Shown: positions 1-14,600 of the stretch, in pieces
Layout: every line of letters begins with the position of its first letter
Position numbering within the stretch: position 1 is the first letter of the stretch
Assembly (NCBI GenBank): GCA_964016885.1
Contig: OZ024740.1
Coordinates: 145,266,001-145,330,000, forward strand
DNA length: 64,000 nucleotides
Origin: Eledone cirrhosa
Taxonomy: Eukaryota
Reading direction: 5' to 3'
Notes under the pieces: generated by a model
Databases searched by the model: none
Told to the model about the DNA's origin: nothing
Seen by the model: the letters and a program-made list of their open reading frames with translations, nothing else
Made by a program: the position numbers and the translations under genes

Positions 1-175
1 ACCTAAAGGCAAAAGAATGGGGTTGGCAAATTGACAGAGGACAATGCTTTCCTATTCTGACCCAAAAAGAAATGGCTCTAAATGAACCTCCTGAGGTGGT
101 GACATGCAGTTGTAAGATTGATTGATCTATCAGAAAGTGCTCTTGTAGAAAACTAACAGAATGCTACAAATTTTT
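1..175 (+). pseudogene. Degenerate C-terminal Cys-rich (CXC/Cys8-like) region of a DNA-transposon protein, possibly Academ-like
   Basis: Manual translation from nt 3 gives LKAKEWGWQIDRGQCFPILTQKEMALNEPPEVVTCSCKID*SIRKCSCRKLTECYK, i.e. a GW..P..CxCK..C..CSCRK..C pattern with an in-frame stop at an expected Cys. Family assignment is from memory of the motif. Confidence 0.4.
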
Positions 176-293
176 GAAGCTTGAAAAATATTTGTTTTCC
201 TTTTTATAACATTTTTGAAAGTTACAATACTTTGGTTACACTGACGTAAGTGGTAGATAGATTTAAAGCAAAAAGCAACATTACTACAAAAAT

Positions 294-620
294 ATCTATA
301 TATAAAACCGAGGATGTGTGTGTGTGTGTGTGTGTGAGTTTGAATCCCTAAAACTCGAGAAGTACCCAACCGATTCTTTTTCAAACTTTACATGTGTATT
401 ACTTATGTTTCAGGGAGTGTTATGCACATAAAAGATTTTTGATCCCCTAGGGCCCACATTAGGTGAAAAACTGCGTTTTTTCAGCTTTTTAGGGGTTTTT
501 TGAGGCGTTACGTCAGACCGATTTCCTTGAAATTTTAACTATGTATTAGTCAGTATCTTCTTCATACCGTGAGCAAAGAAAATCCAACTTTAAAAATATA
601 GGTTCTTAGTAGTATAAATG
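294..620 (+). mobile_element. 5' part of a non-autonomous Helitron-like element; right end not defined
   Basis: A|TCTATATATAAAAC start, then (TG)n and CCCTAAAACTCGAGAAGTACCCAACCGATT, shared with the complete copy at 23866-24754. Confidence 0.55.
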
Positions 621-2249
621 TTCATATTGAAATGATCGAAACGTTATAGTCATATTTGATAATGTTGTGCAATAGTTTGTTTTTCTCGTTAAGCTATCGT
701 GTTTTGAGTCTTTAGAATATTTCATTCTTCAATATATGTAAAAAAGAGTTCCCAAATTAAAAGTTTAGTATAAAGAGAAGTCATGAGATTAACAATCGCA
801 GTATCATGGCTTTGTCTTTTATTTATTTATTTGTTGTTGTTTTGTTTTTGGGTAGATCAACACTTGGGGGTTCTCATTTTTGAATAAAAATAGAAACTTG
901 CTTACAGAGAAATCTAGCGTTAAAGAGAAGTCAATATTGATGCAATCTTGTTAAATAGTCTTTAAAGAAAATAACAGAAGTTACATTACAGCATATCAAT
1001 TATTAACTACAATACATGGAAACAGTTTCGCTCTGGGGTTAAAATGTTAGCTTTTAGCTTTGTAGTTTTATGGTTTTTAGTGATATATTTAGCGAAACAT
1101 TTGTATGGACATTTTCTTTTACTGAGAAAAGACTTTAAAATTGTTGATTAATTCCCACTTTTTGGCTTGTAATTACAAATGTGTAAAGGAACAAATAAAA
1201 AAAAAGGCAATTTCAATCTTTCTGAAATTATAGCGATTTCGATGGTTTTAAACAAAAATTTGTTGTAGATAAAAAAAAACATCGACATTACTTTATATAT
1301 ATTTTACTATTATCAATGCTCCAACTACTCTTCAACTATCCATTAGTTAGGCAGCTTTTATGATAACTCCTAACGCCCTGTAACATATGAAACCGCATTA
1401 GCAAAACATTCTTGGAAAGTATAAAGGAGTACTGCATCACATTAACGATTAGTCTTCATTCTAATACTGAAAATCTTCATAAAGATCTGGTCGTTAGTAA
1501 ATATACTATAAACATTTGAATTAACAAACCGCTTGGAATCACATTAGCAAGACATTCTTGAAAAATACAAAACAGAACTATAAACGCATCATATTTAAAA
1601 TTAAAGTTATTACCCCGATACTGCATAATTTTATAACAATATATTCGCTAGTGAAGATACTATAAACACTTTAATTACCTAACTCATTTTTAGATATTTC
1701 CTGCTAAATCATTACAGAATGTTAAGAGTTAAATAGTCTATATCATTTTCATAAGTTTGTATTTATATTCTTTATATATCTCCATGTTATATTTGTGGAA
1801 GGTTTTGTACGCAGAACTGTAAGCTAATGTAAAACACCTTACTTGTATCGCTTATAGCGGTAAACATTATTTTCCACCATACTATCTATCTATTAATAGC
1901 TATGTTAAATTGGACAGTGAAAGGTATTTTGGCTTAGATGTCAGCATAATGTAAGTAACAGGATAAAATCCATGGACATGTCGGTATGTTGGAACAGTGT
2001 CATAGATAGTGTTTGTACCGCTCGGGGATTCATTTAGTTCACCTGTTCGTTTACTGTCACCCACGCGAACACCACAACACAATCCACATTAAAAGTGACC
2101 AAACGTACTACGCAATGAAAAGTGCCGCCCAAGGCCGCATTCCACTTCGCTACTTGGCTGGATCAAATTATATCTGATCGGCCTACTGCGATTCTCAATG
2201 CTGGAACAAAATTAAAATGTATTAAACATAGATTTTCATACTCTTTGTG

Positions 2250-2570
2250 GATTAGTGGTTTGAGTGTTGGACCCACAATCGTATGGTTGTGAGTTCGAGT
2301 CCCAGACTAAGCGGAGCATTGTGTCTTTGAACAAGGCGTTTTATTTCAGGTTGCCTCAGTTCACTTAGCTGGCAAAAATGAGTTGTACTGGTAATTCAAG
2401 GGACCAACTCTATCACAAATGGTGTCACGCTGAAACTCCAAGAGAACTACGTTTAGGTGCACGTGTCTGTGGAATGATCAGCCCCTTACGTGTTAATTTC
2501 ACTAGTAAACAGTTCCGTTGATTGAATCAACTGGAGCACTCGTCGTCGGAACCGACGGAGGGCCAAAACA
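2250..2570 (+). mobile_element. tRNA-derived SINE, family 2
   Basis: A-box-like TAGTGGTT and B-box GTTCGAGTCC; the body recurs at 22245-22500 (+) and 25030-25310 (-). Confidence 0.7.
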
Positions 2571-4491
2571 CAAGATTATTCAATACAAGTTTATATAATA
2601 AAATATATTGCAATACTATTTTATTTACCTTTAAATGAATATTTCATCCCTTGTTTTTTCTAATTCATTTTAATTGAGATTTTTTTTCTTTTTTTCCTCG
2701 ATTAACATGTTTGTTAAAATCTCGTTGCTAAAATCGTCTTGAAATAAAAATAATTTCGTACAAATAGGAAAAGCAAATACATTACATTGTCTGGAATGTA
2801 TGAGTGCGTCACTGCCAAAGAAGAGGGTGAGGATAAGAAGAGATTCTCTTATAAACGTTGCATGATATGGCAATGGTATAGAAATACATGTATTGAGCAG
2901 AGAAGAAAGCCTCAACGTAGTCGCTCGACTTGCTGGAAATAAAGCCAAATCACGTTTATATTACACATAAAGGACTCGTTCTATAGTGTAGTCCTTGCTG
3001 CACTATGACTGACCCCCCCACACACACACTTCAGATAAGATGGTCACGGCTGGAATGCTTTTGATCATACGTCTACTTGATTAACAATACGCACCTATTT
3101 TTGACAGACGTACAAACATAACCACATCAAAGACTAGGATTATGGTACACTGCCAAAAGTCAGTTATAAATCCAGAATTGTGAACGACAAGAGGCTGGTT
3201 ACTCGTATTAAGAGATAAGGTTTCTATTCTACTTCTGCACTTATTTTGTTGTAAAGTTTCTATATTTCACATTGGGCGAATAAAGCAACATTTTCTGCTT
3301 AGATTGCCAATTACTGGTTGGAATTCGAGACTTACTAAAGAGAAATAAAAAATGAAAGTCAAATGTAGTAACTACTTTCATATATTTAAAAAAAATTGTT
3401 TCTTCCTCAGGAAACCAAACTACTTAAAAGACTAAGGGTGCCATGCTGGAATGTATTTATTTTAGGTTAATGTCTAATATTTACAGTGACACTTATTGAA
3501 ATATATCTAGTAATGTGTTAGGGCTGCTATACACACACGTAATCACCCATTTATACAAACCTTTCTCTTTTTTTTTTTACTGGTTTAGTCAAAGGAGAAG
3601 GGGCAGCAACCATTACCACCCTCTGGGGCTTTGTGACTGGCTGTACGAAGGGGAAAGATACTTACAGCTTGGAAACTTGGCTCAAATGTCTGCAACATAA
3701 TTTTTTCGGTGCCTTCTAGAAGGTGCTTTTGGTACACTAGGAGCATACTGAGTTAAATCGTCAAAGCTAAGAACACTATACTGAGTTGCCTAATATAGCC
3801 AAATAAACTAGCTAACTATATAGCAAAGTCTATTTATATAAAATGTGAATCTGCTCTAGTCATTAAAGCTGAAGCAGTAATAGCTAGTTAATCAGATGCA
3901 ATGAATTATCATTTTACTATCAACACTGGAATTCAACTTAATTTGCTTTTCCTCACTTTAGAGCTAATATGATATATACCAGTTATGTACCACGATCAAT
4001 CAAATTTATTTTATTTTACTGCTTAATCAGATAGCAATGGGCAGTGTCGACGACAGTTTTCAGGGCCTCCGAGACAGCTGGAAAGGAGGGAAGAGTTATT
4101 CTCAAACAAGAAACATGATCCGGATATTTACAACAGAGTGGACTGCGCTAAAAACACCCAAGAGCCACGTCGTGGTGTTAAACTGGATGACAGATTAAAT
4201 ATATCAACAAAGCAGATCATAGCAGGATTTGAACTAAAAAACACAGAGCGAGAAGATATACCACAAGACATCTCATGTGACGCTCTAAAATTCTGTCAAT
4301 TCTCCTCCGTGGATCGATACTTTATTTTATCAATTCCGAACGGATGAAAGAAGACGTTGAACGGTATTTGAACTCAGAGCGTAGAGAGCCGGAACAAATA
4401 CAGCTAGACATTTTGTTATATGCTCAATCGGCTCTGCCTATTCGCCGCCTTATACAAAATTGCCCGTGCGTTACAAAACCGATGAAATGTA

Positions 4492-4883
4492 TCTATATAT
4501 ATATAAAACTGATGTTGTCTGTGTGTCCTCATTTTTGCAAAGTATATACAAATCCACATTTCTACTCTGACTTCAAACTTCCATTTATATATTCCTTGCG
4601 GTCTAAAGATACTAACTGCCGCTTTTATTTTTCAATTTTCTGCTGTTAAAGGGGTGTTAGGCGCCGGTTATCAATCGCCGTCGAGCCCTTATAATATTTG
4701 TCTGTATGTCTGGCTGTCTGCATAACGACATTCTGACGAACACGTCATTGCTGACGTATTATCTTCGCTACATTCACACACACACGCACACACACACACA
4801 TATATATACATATACACACATATAGATATACACATATAGATATACACATATATAAATATACGCATAATAATATATGTATATAT

Positions 4884-4918
<35 letters not shown>

Positions 4919-4961
4919 CATACACATATATATATGCATACACACACATATATATATGCAT

Positions 4962-5025
<64 letters not shown>

Positions 5026-5029
5026 GTAT

Positions 5030-5072
<43 letters not shown>

Positions 5073-5354
5073 ATTATATATATATATATACAGATACATT
5101 GTAGGTTGCTTTAACCCGTCTTTTATTATTCAAAAAACTTCTTGCCAATAAACATTAACCCTTTGTGCGCCATTCATCTAACTGTAGACCAAGAAATACC
5201 AAAAAACGGAGCGTTGACAAGAACGATGGCGAATGAATGTTCGAGATAAGCACTTTCCTCCCGAGCTGTTAGTTCACGCGGGATTCTCTGCTACACCTTT
5301 TCGTAATAATACCGGACAACATACTGCTGGTCACTCCTCCAAAAGCCGTACAAA

Positions 5355-5446
<92 letters not shown>

Positions 5447-6476
5447 ATACTTGGGGAGGGTCATATTTGCGTAATATTGCCAGAATTAATAACAGAACAC
5501 ACTCACTGTTTGGTGATATATATATATATATTTGTTATAAGAACAGATTAAAGTTTAAGCAAAAAAAATCGCTGCTTTCAACATTAACGGGATCTTCTGA
5601 AACTAAAAAATTTAATCTGTGAACGCAGAAGTAATTATTTCAAGAAACGTTGCAACCGAAGGAAAACAGGAAGACGATATTTTGGTTCGTGAAGACGTTC
5701 CCTGGCAATGAACGAAAAAAAAAGCGAGGATAATACGTCGTTATGTGGACTGAGAAGAACAATTTCATGCAAAGACAAGACCAAGTTTATGGTATAAATG
5801 GAGTCGTTAAACTAATATTCTATTTAAAATAACAGAATGATTTCCAGCCCCGGAGTTTAAGAATGATGTAAATAAAATTGAAAACGAAAATGACAGGTTA
5901 TTAAAATGGTAAAAGTAAATAGTGAAGATTTAGACCAGTACATACGTATGCGCCGACGGACATACACATACATATACATATGCACACACAAATACATACA
6001 CGCACACAAACACACACACACACGCACGCACGTGCGCGTGTGTGTAAGCCTTATGCATTTCTACAGTATTTTCACCAAACTTAAGACATAGGTTACTTAT
6101 GTACTTCGGATGGTCATGGGCACTTTTATTTTTCCAGATATTGATTATAGGACCTCCCGGCAGATAACCCCCTTCAACCACTTCCTTGGAGTCGACTGAA
6201 GCACTGCAGTGCAATGCAACAAAACGTCATAACTTCTGGAGTTCGCAATCGATTTTCACAAAGCTTGACACATGGGCTACATTTGTTCTACAAATGAATG
6301 TGAACTCTCAGAATTGGCACATATTGAGTAGGGGACCCCTAGGGGCAGGAACCCCCTTTTAGAAAAAGCCAATGATTTTGTAAAAGTATAGTTTTCGAAG
6401 CAGCACTGAAGTATTGACATAAATGGTATACATAACTGCTATTTAATACCCGAGCAACGTCAGGTACCTCTGCTAG
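4492..6476 (+). mobile_element. Non-autonomous Helitron-like element, first unit of a tandem pair, internally rearranged
   Basis: A|TC start; 3' GC-rich subterminal motif CCCGAGCAACGTCAGG followed by CTAG|T; 4505-4770 and 5145-5350 are homologous to the following unit. Confidence 0.6.
4776..5092. repeat. Compound (CA)n/(TA)n microsatellite
   Basis: Direct reading; explains the YI/CV/TH low-complexity ORFs. Confidence 0.95.
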
Positions 6477-6478
6477 TA

Positions 6479-7614
6479 CATATATATAAAACTGTAGTTG
6501 TCTGTGTGTGTCCTCATTTTTGAAAAGTCTATACAAATCCACATTTCTACTCCGATTGACTTCAAACTTGCATTTATATATTCCTTGCGGTCTAAAGATA
6601 TTAACTGCAGCTTTTATTTTTTCAATTTTCTGTTGTTAAAGGGGTGTTAGGCGCCGGTTATCGATCTCCCTCGCGCCCTTATAATATCTGTCTGTATGCC
6701 TGGCTGTCTGCATTACGACGTTATGACAAACATTGATGACGTATTATGTTCGCTATTTTCCGTTCGTTGCCAGGGAACGTATTCACGAGCCAAAGTATCG
6801 TCTCCCTGTTTTCCTTCGGTTGCAACGTTTTTCAAAATATTTACTTCTGAGTTCACAGATTGATTTTTTTAGTTTCAGAAGATCCTGTTAAGGGTGAAAG
6901 CAGCGATTCTTTGCTTAAACTTTAATCTATTATTTTAATATATAATATAAGCGAGGCAAGCCAGCCCAGTTGCCACTTCTTGTCAATAAACATTAACCCT
7001 TTGTGCGCCATTCATCTAACTAGACCAACAAATACCAACTAAACGGAGTGTTGACAAGAACGATGGCGAATGACTCCTCCCGTGTTGTTAGTTCACGCGG
7101 GATTCTCTACTACATCTTTTCGTAATAATACCGAACAACGTACTGCTGGTCACTCCTTCCTCCAAAAGTCGTACAAAGCGGACATGTGCATCGGGCAGAT
7201 GGATCGGGTACAAATCTACACCAGGCCTACGCGAGAAATTCGCAAGGGACTGCACCGAGAGGGATAGAGAGAAAGAGTAACTCAGTGGAAAGAGTGCGAA
7301 TGAACTTTTGAGGTAAGTAGCCTACGCCTTACTGCTATGACACTGGAACCTTCTGCCAACTTAACCTGTGACTTTCTCTTTCACATTTACTCCAAAAGAC
7401 CAAAACAGAGGAGTACGAAAAGAAGGGCCTCAACAATATTTCTATGAACAATGCACGTAGACGTACTTTCAACTTCTTAATTTTCTCCAAATAAAACAAG
7501 TTTCCTGTCGGTATATTTTCGTGAGTTTTTAACAGGCACTCACAAATAAACGTTTCTTATTGGGGGTGCTATTACCAATGTTCTTACCCGTGCAACGCCG
7601 GGATACACTGCTAG
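6479..7614 (+). mobile_element. Non-autonomous Helitron-like element, second tandem unit
   Basis: Begins directly after the CTAG of the first unit with the same leader; ends CCCGTGCAACGCCGGG-N7-GCTAG|T. Confidence 0.65.
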
Positions 7615-9294
7615 TGCATTAATAAAATTAGCACAGCAAATTACTTCACAAAAAAGAACTTCAATTCAGCTTTCCATTGAACTGTACACATTTGCTTTTA
7701 ATTTTACTTTCTTAATGCCATTGATTTTTTTGTTCGGTGTCATAAACACTGTTCCCTCTAAAGCGATATAACTTATCATTGGAACTTTTTAAGTACATCG
7801 TGTAAAACAACACATTTGAACAGAATAGGTTATTTCCACTGGGACGTGTATAAACAAAACGGAAATTGTTAATCCTTCATAGACTCTTATTCACCTGCCA
7901 AAATCTGCTTAAGTCAGAAATTCTTCTGTTTCTCACTTATCATTATCAGCATTTTAATAAATATATATTTATTTCATCTATATTCTTAATGTCTTCTTGG
8001 AAATGATGTGGTTGCTTGTTCTGGACAATATTTATTTATACACGATCTGAAAATTTTCTGTTTCTTTATCTTTTTGTTATTTGATAAATGTTACATTGTT
8101 CTTTCTAACGTTTTAGGTATTATTGTTTTTATGTTGTAGTCTAATGTCAACGCTGATTGAACAACGATTACAAACGTTTCACTCATGACTACCATTACTT
8201 TTTTTTTTCAGAAATAATGTATCCAAGAGTACACACTATATAATGTGCAAATCCTTTTTAAAGGCAGGGAGATTTATTGATATTTCTTGCAAGTCGAGCA
8301 ATCACATAAAGGCTTTCTTGTTGGTTCACTGTTTTTAAGTTTATGAGATCAGTAGATGGCACACCCCTCCTTCTAAACTTCCAACCTTGCCCCCAAAATT
8401 TTGCCTTTTGTTTTTCATACATTTAAGTAATGCTTAGTAATAAATATCATGGAACCATGTCGTCTGTTAGAACTTCCGAAGGTTTGTTAAGCTCAAAAAT
8501 TGGTTTACTTAATACAACTCTCGCAAGAATTCTTTATTTTTAGCCTTGGCACGCTCTCTTCAGTAAGCTTAAAACTATTTTAAGATGCGATAGAATCGGT
8601 ATTTCTTTCTTTCACTTTTTTCTCTCCTTAAAGCCTTCTTTATATTCTCCTAGTAAGTTTTATGTATGATTAATCTTGCATTAATTTTGCATGTTGACAG
8701 CTATGGCTGACACACTTCAAAACAATAATTTATCTTGTTTTCTTTTATTCACTTCGTTAAACCCCTTACATGCCACAAGCGCTCATGAGACAATAACGAT
8801 AACATTCCTTTCATTTATATATTACTTCGGAATTTCTCCGGAATGTAGACATAAAGTGTGATTATAAACACGTATATTCACTATGCGGCGGCCGTGTTTC
8901 CGTTAGTTAATTGCAATGATTTACTCTTAAAATCCAGATATACATCTCTTATGCCTCTTTTCTTTTTTCCTCTTTCCTTGTTGATTTCATCCTTTAAAAT
9001 TTTTTTCCTTTCTAGACATTACTCTCACAATTATTCTAATATATTTTATTAGTATAAATAAACATACTTTTTCTAAGCGTGACAATTTATCACATACATT
9101 CTTGTTCACTCGGTACTTCGTTTATCGTCAGAGATTTTTGGTGATCTGAAGAGAACGGTCTTTACTCATATAATATTTATGGCAGGTTGGAAACGATGTA
9201 TAAGATTAGAATAATATATAATTTGAAGTTGAAAATTACTAACGCTTGCAAAGAAGATCTCTTCTATTCACATCCAGAATGTTTTACAGTGATG

Positions 9295-9450
9295 TTAAAT
9301 AGACCCCAGTGCTTGACTGATACTATATTTGATCAACTCCGGAAGAATGGATGGCAAAGTTGATCCTAACTTTGATTTGAATTCAAAATGTAAAAGGCTG
9401 TAACCAAATACCTCAGGCATTTTATCTGACATTCTAACGATTCTGCCAAT
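9295..9450 (-). mobile_element. Diverged SINE, family 1
   Basis: Reverse complement of the GAGTTCAAAT..CTTTGCC..CATCCTTCCGGAGT..GATAAAATA..GTACCAGT core. Confidence 0.6.
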
Positions 9451-10513
9451 ACGACACATCAGGACCTTGGATTCCAGACGGTTGGTTTTCTTGTAGATAG
9501 GCAAGTCAAAAGAATGTCGAACGACAGCCTAGGAGTAGACACTACGACGTATTAAAATAATATAATTGGTAAAAATACATTTGCAAAAATAAATTTGCAA
9601 GCGTAATGTATTGATAGGAGGTGGCAATTTGATGAACAGTGAGGTCTGAACACTGGACTTTAAGTCAGAGGATAGAAAATATAACTCATTCTAGATATAA
9701 GGATTATTAACAATGAATCCTAATAGTAGGCTCAGGCTATAAGAAGTGGGCTGGAATATATCTAAGACTGTATTAATATACAATCTATTCATGGTGAGAC
9801 TGCTTGAGAAATTAATGTAGAATCGTTATGAATGAACTTTCACTTCGTCTCTCTAAATAATTGCCAAACAAATATAGATATGTAATTTACTAATTTATCA
9901 ATCATCGATATATTATTCATTAGATTATAAACAAAATGATATATCCTGTTAATAAACTCCTGGTGAACGAGCCTTAGGCTATGATTCTTGGTTTGCCGCT
10001 AATTAAAATTTTAAAAGAATGTGTTCCAAATATCTCCTATCGAAACCAAAGTTCATGTACAAATTAAGATATACGGCTGAAATAATAATCGATTAGTTTG
10101 ATGCTATATAGTGATTCGCTCGCCTAATTATTGACAGCAATAGCAGCTGATATGACAACAGCGGTACCAGTTACCATTCACCTAACAGACGATTAGCTCA
10201 ACAGAGACATAGACAGCTCCCACAACTGTGCCGTGGAAAAATAACAGCAACAGATGTCAATTTGCAGCTAGCAGCTTTTACAGTCGAAAGGTGCAACAAC
10301 TTACAGCTTATTGTCTTTGTAGCCAAACAGCTTATCACAGTTTTATACTCTTTGGAAACCATTACGGAAATATACCACTATAGAACTTTTTAGAATAAGA
10401 AAAATATTACATTACATTCTGACTTGCTTTTATTGAAAACACCTATTAACATGTGTGCACATTTTATACACATACGTTTAGTGTAAACTCACTTGCATGC
10501 ACACACTCGCGCA

Positions 10514-10628
<115 letters not shown>

Positions 10629-10778
10629 ACGAAGACCCAGATCCGAAGAGGGCTCGATAAGGATTGTAAATATATATATATATAAATCCGTAATAGGGTG
10701 AAAGCAGAAATCCTTTGCTTAAACTTTAATCTGCACCACTACTACTAATAATAATAATAATTATATTATATATATATT

Positions 10779-10901
10779 ATATAGAAATGGCTTCTACAGG
10801 ACTAGAACTGTTTCATTCGAAGGAAATCATCAGGAAAGCCCTGATGATTTCATTCGAATGAAACAGTTCCAGTTCTAGTCCTGTAGAAGCCATTTCTATA
10901 T
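10779..10901. repeat. Inverted repeat with ~55-bp arms containing a hammerhead-core-like motif; probable Penelope-like terminus
   Basis: Left arm TATAGAAATGGCTTCTACAGGACTAGAACTGTTTCATTCGAAGGAAATCATCAGG mirrors the right arm, which has a 6-nt duplication; right arm reads CTGATGA..GAAAC..GTC. Confidence 0.75.
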
Positions 10902-11285
10902 TAAATATTTATACTCTGCTATGTATTGAGTACCTGACTTACTGTGGTTTCCCCCCGATTGATTGCATAAGTTTATTTTAAAAACTACCCGGTTGAGAGC
11001 TTATTCGATTTGTGCTATTTATGAAATTTTTTGCATGGATTTACACATACTGAATTCATTTGCCAAGATCTGAGGTTTTTCCACTGTGAGTTACACATGT
11101 ACTTTTACTAAACACTGTGTCATCCACAACATTGGCGCAGAACAAAATACCTGTTGATAACGTGATATTCCTCGTTCGATCATTATACCAAAAGCTTATT
11201 GTTTTAAGCAGACAGTATTATTGATTTAGGTGTCACAGAAACCCTGTACTGGATTTTACCATCAATTCCAAGGGTCCAGGTTTGT

Positions 11286-11375
<90 letters not shown>

Positions 11376-11595
11376 TATGTCATTTATTTTGCCTGACCTG
11401 TTTAGCTTGACTTGGTTTTTGGCTTAGGTGGTTAATGGCTTCTTGACCGCCTTCTCGGTTTGTATGGCCTTTATAACCTATGTTTATTGCTCTGGTCTTT
11501 TTTAGCCCATGGAACGCTTGCCAGCATGACTCGGAATTTGCGTTACGTTTCGCTTTTTCTACCCGCCGAAATGCGATTCTCGCCGAATTTATATT

Positions 11596-11646
<51 letters not shown>

Positions 11647-11949
11647 CACACAAATGTATATAATCCCATTAAACTCCTTTCAGAACGTTGCGTTCGTTTT
11701 TAGTAAGCTTTTACCGTTTCTGTGTAACATTTCCTGACACCGAAATTAAAACCCATTAACATTAATTTTATCTTGTCAATCAAATATATTACAGCCAAAT
11801 TAACTTATCAGCAAGTAAGGAATATATTTTCAATTCTTTTGTTATAATTTAATAAGGCCATCTTTATCAATTTATGCTATAGTTTGTCTTTTAGTTAAAT
11901 TTGTGTTTTTCTACAAATTAAATGTTGATGATCAATGTTATTGCTTATG

Positions 11950-12170
11950 ACGGCAGTAGATTCGCAGAATTGAGAGAGTGTTGAAGTAAAGGCTTTGTGA
12001 TATTTAGTTACGACTTTTTTCATTTTGAGTTCAAATCCTACCGAGATTAACTTTGCTTTTTATTTTTCCGGAGTCGATAAAATAAAGTACCAGCCAAGTA
12101 CTGGAGTTGATTTAATCAACTTTGCCCTTCTCCAAAATGTGCTGGCCTGGTGCCTAAATTAGAAATCAAT
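11950..12170 (+). mobile_element. tRNA-derived SINE, family 1
   Basis: GGCAGTAGATTCGCAGAATTG head, GAGTTCAAATCC B-box, conserved core and GGCCTGGTGCCTAAATTAGAAA tail; more than 15 related copies in the window. Confidence 0.85.
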
Positions 12171-13769
12171 GTTAGAACATACAGAACAGAGGGAAGATAT
12201 TGAAACACCTTCACCCATATCACTACTGTTTCACGGTTAGAGAATAACCAAGAAACAGCAGCATCTGTTTGTAATTATTTATCTCTCTATTGCATCAAGC
12301 ACATCTTGAGAACACACTTATGATGCCATATTGACAGAAAGAAGTTAAAGCAAAGTTGTAACTAGACCTGGCAGCCATAACAAAACAAACAAATGTCTTG
12401 GTATTTTTTGTTTGTTTGTTTTTGACGATTGACTTATGAACGGTATAATATCAGGCTCTCTTGCCAGTCGAGCCACAGAATACTTTATACAACCAGCTGT
12501 TAGCGTAAACAACAAAACAAGCATAAAATTTAAAGTAAGCAAATATTAGCAGCAAGACATATGCTACTGAGCGTATGTCAAATAATATTGGTGCTTTTGG
12601 ATAAAGGTGGACGACTGAAAGTATTTATAAGCCTTGAGCAAGGTAAAGTAATAATTTCCATTGGATTATATTCAATGTATATTAAAAAATTGTATAGGTT
12701 TATATGTTTTGATGGAATAAACATATGACCACATTTGATCTTCTAAGAAAATATTTTATTCAAATCATTATGTTCGTCTATTTAAATCCAGTGTGATATA
12801 AGGTAAAAAGCTTTTGGAGAGGGCTGCTGTCGATTAAATCAATTCCAGTATTTGACTGGAACTTATTTTATAGAACCGCGGAAGTACAAAAATCAAAGTC
12901 CACCGGACTTGTACTAACAATAACATAACTATTATTTGTTTCTACAGTTTTAAATAAAATAATGATTTCTGACATATTTTACTGGTTGGTATTCCTGCTA
13001 GATATATATTTCTTTTGTAGAACCTGTAGTTTCTTGATGTAGTTGGCCATAGTCTTCTCAAGTGTATTCCGTGACTTCTTGCGAGTTGGAATATATAGTC
13101 AACCGTGCATCATGCATTGTTACTATGTTTTTGATTCAATCTCATATGTTCACTATTGATTTTGATCATTGGTGTTCTGACGAGTGGTGTTGGTTTATAC
13201 GCTCTCTTAGAAACGAACGGTTGGCTTGCTCTTCGATGATTTTAACTTTTCTACCATTCATTGATATATTGATTTGCAAGTCATTAGGAGTTATTTCCTT
13301 GTCCTAGCACCGATATAGGAAGATAAGATGGTTTGATGTTTCCTTCAGCTTTTTGTACTCATTGTCTCAGTGTCTGCGCATTTTGGACCAATATTAGTAG
13401 ATAATGGTTAATACGAATACAGTGTTTCGGACTTGTAATATATGTAATGACGGTGCCCCAGCATGGCCCTAGCCAGTCGGCTGGAACACATAAAAGAGTA
13501 AAAGGGCACAAATCTTTAGAGTTGAAACATGTTTTAATATTTACATGTTCGTTACATTTCCATGGATTTTATCTCCGTTTGTCAGGGGCGTTTTATTCCT
13601 GAATGAGGAATAGATTCGAACTAGGAATTTGTATTTCTAAACTTAGCAAAATCAAAGAAACTGTACGTAAAGAGTTCGCTGAACACCCAATCAATAATCC
13701 CAGCGCTAATCAGTTCAATATGGCTGCTTTTACCGAAAGTTGACTTTAAATAATCTAAAAATAAAACAT

Positions 13770-14600
13770 TAACTACACATTAACATTAACTAGGTCTGGA
13801 AGAAGAAGCAGTGTCAATGGTCTTCTCAGGCCTTCCGAAATTGAGATTGATGCCGTTAACAAACTATTACCAGTGGACACCCACAGGAAGCTCAGGAACA
13901 AGGAGGAAATTCCAAAGGGCCGACGTTCTGAGTAGGAAGGACTTGGCGTCGTAGTTATCGTGAAGGCCTGGGATGGAATACAACATAAACGACGAGAGGG
14001 GGAAAAACGAGTGGATTGAAGTGTCTGAATGTAGTCGTCACGAGATCAGTCAGCTCCGAAGAGAAGAGGCCATTTTAGTAACGGTAGAGGAGGAAGAGTG
14101 AGGACATATTACATATGTGAGCCAGAAGCTAGAGCGTGTCTGTGAGTGGCTTTATGCTAATCAATTGAGTGACCTTTCTCTGGATGTGTGTATATGCAGC
14201 AACACTTCTCTAAATGTATGATCTCGCCTGAGCTTTGTAAATGTATAAGTAATTATCGGATGTTTGGCTATTCTCATTAGAACAAGAAAATACTCCGTCT
14301 TTGAGATGCGGTCCTAGCTACACTAAGTATGTACGTTAATTATGAGACATACTCGGTGATGATGAGGCCCAACATTTGGAGCGATCCTGACGCCTCTTGT
14401 TGCGAGGTATGATGTTGCTTTCTCGATAAGAGCAGTTCTTGTATTTTTTGGCTGTTGAAAGAGAGAAATTGGCATGTCTCCATTGGATAATGCTTCTGCT
14501 GAGGATGATGCTTGGTTGGGAAGTTTAGGGAAGAAGGAATTTAGTATCACCTGCTTAAGAGTTGGTTTCGTTATACCAGACGAAAATAGATCATTAATGC
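13770..14600 (-). mobile_element. Degenerate 3' fragment of a CR1/Jockey-group LINE ORF2
   Basis: Minus-strand peptides IYKAQAR, LAHICNMSSLFLLYRY and SFLLRTSALWNFL resemble the conserved post-RT motifs LYKAQIR, LSHRRNVASLSLFYRY and SFFPRTxxLWNxLP. Confidence 0.6.

Noticed and set aside
1385-1680. Two degenerate ~140-bp direct repeats
   Set aside because: Real but highly diverged, probably internal to the Helitron-like element; no further signal.
4030-4470. ORFs 4138-4347 and 4344-4649 as a gene or transposase
   Set aside because: No recognisable motif, and the second runs into the Helitron-like leader.
4689-5104. ORFs of YI/CV/TH dipeptide repeats (also near 10497, 11230, 15489, 22037, 61238 and 62132)
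   Set aside because: Translations of microsatellites; no coding evidence.
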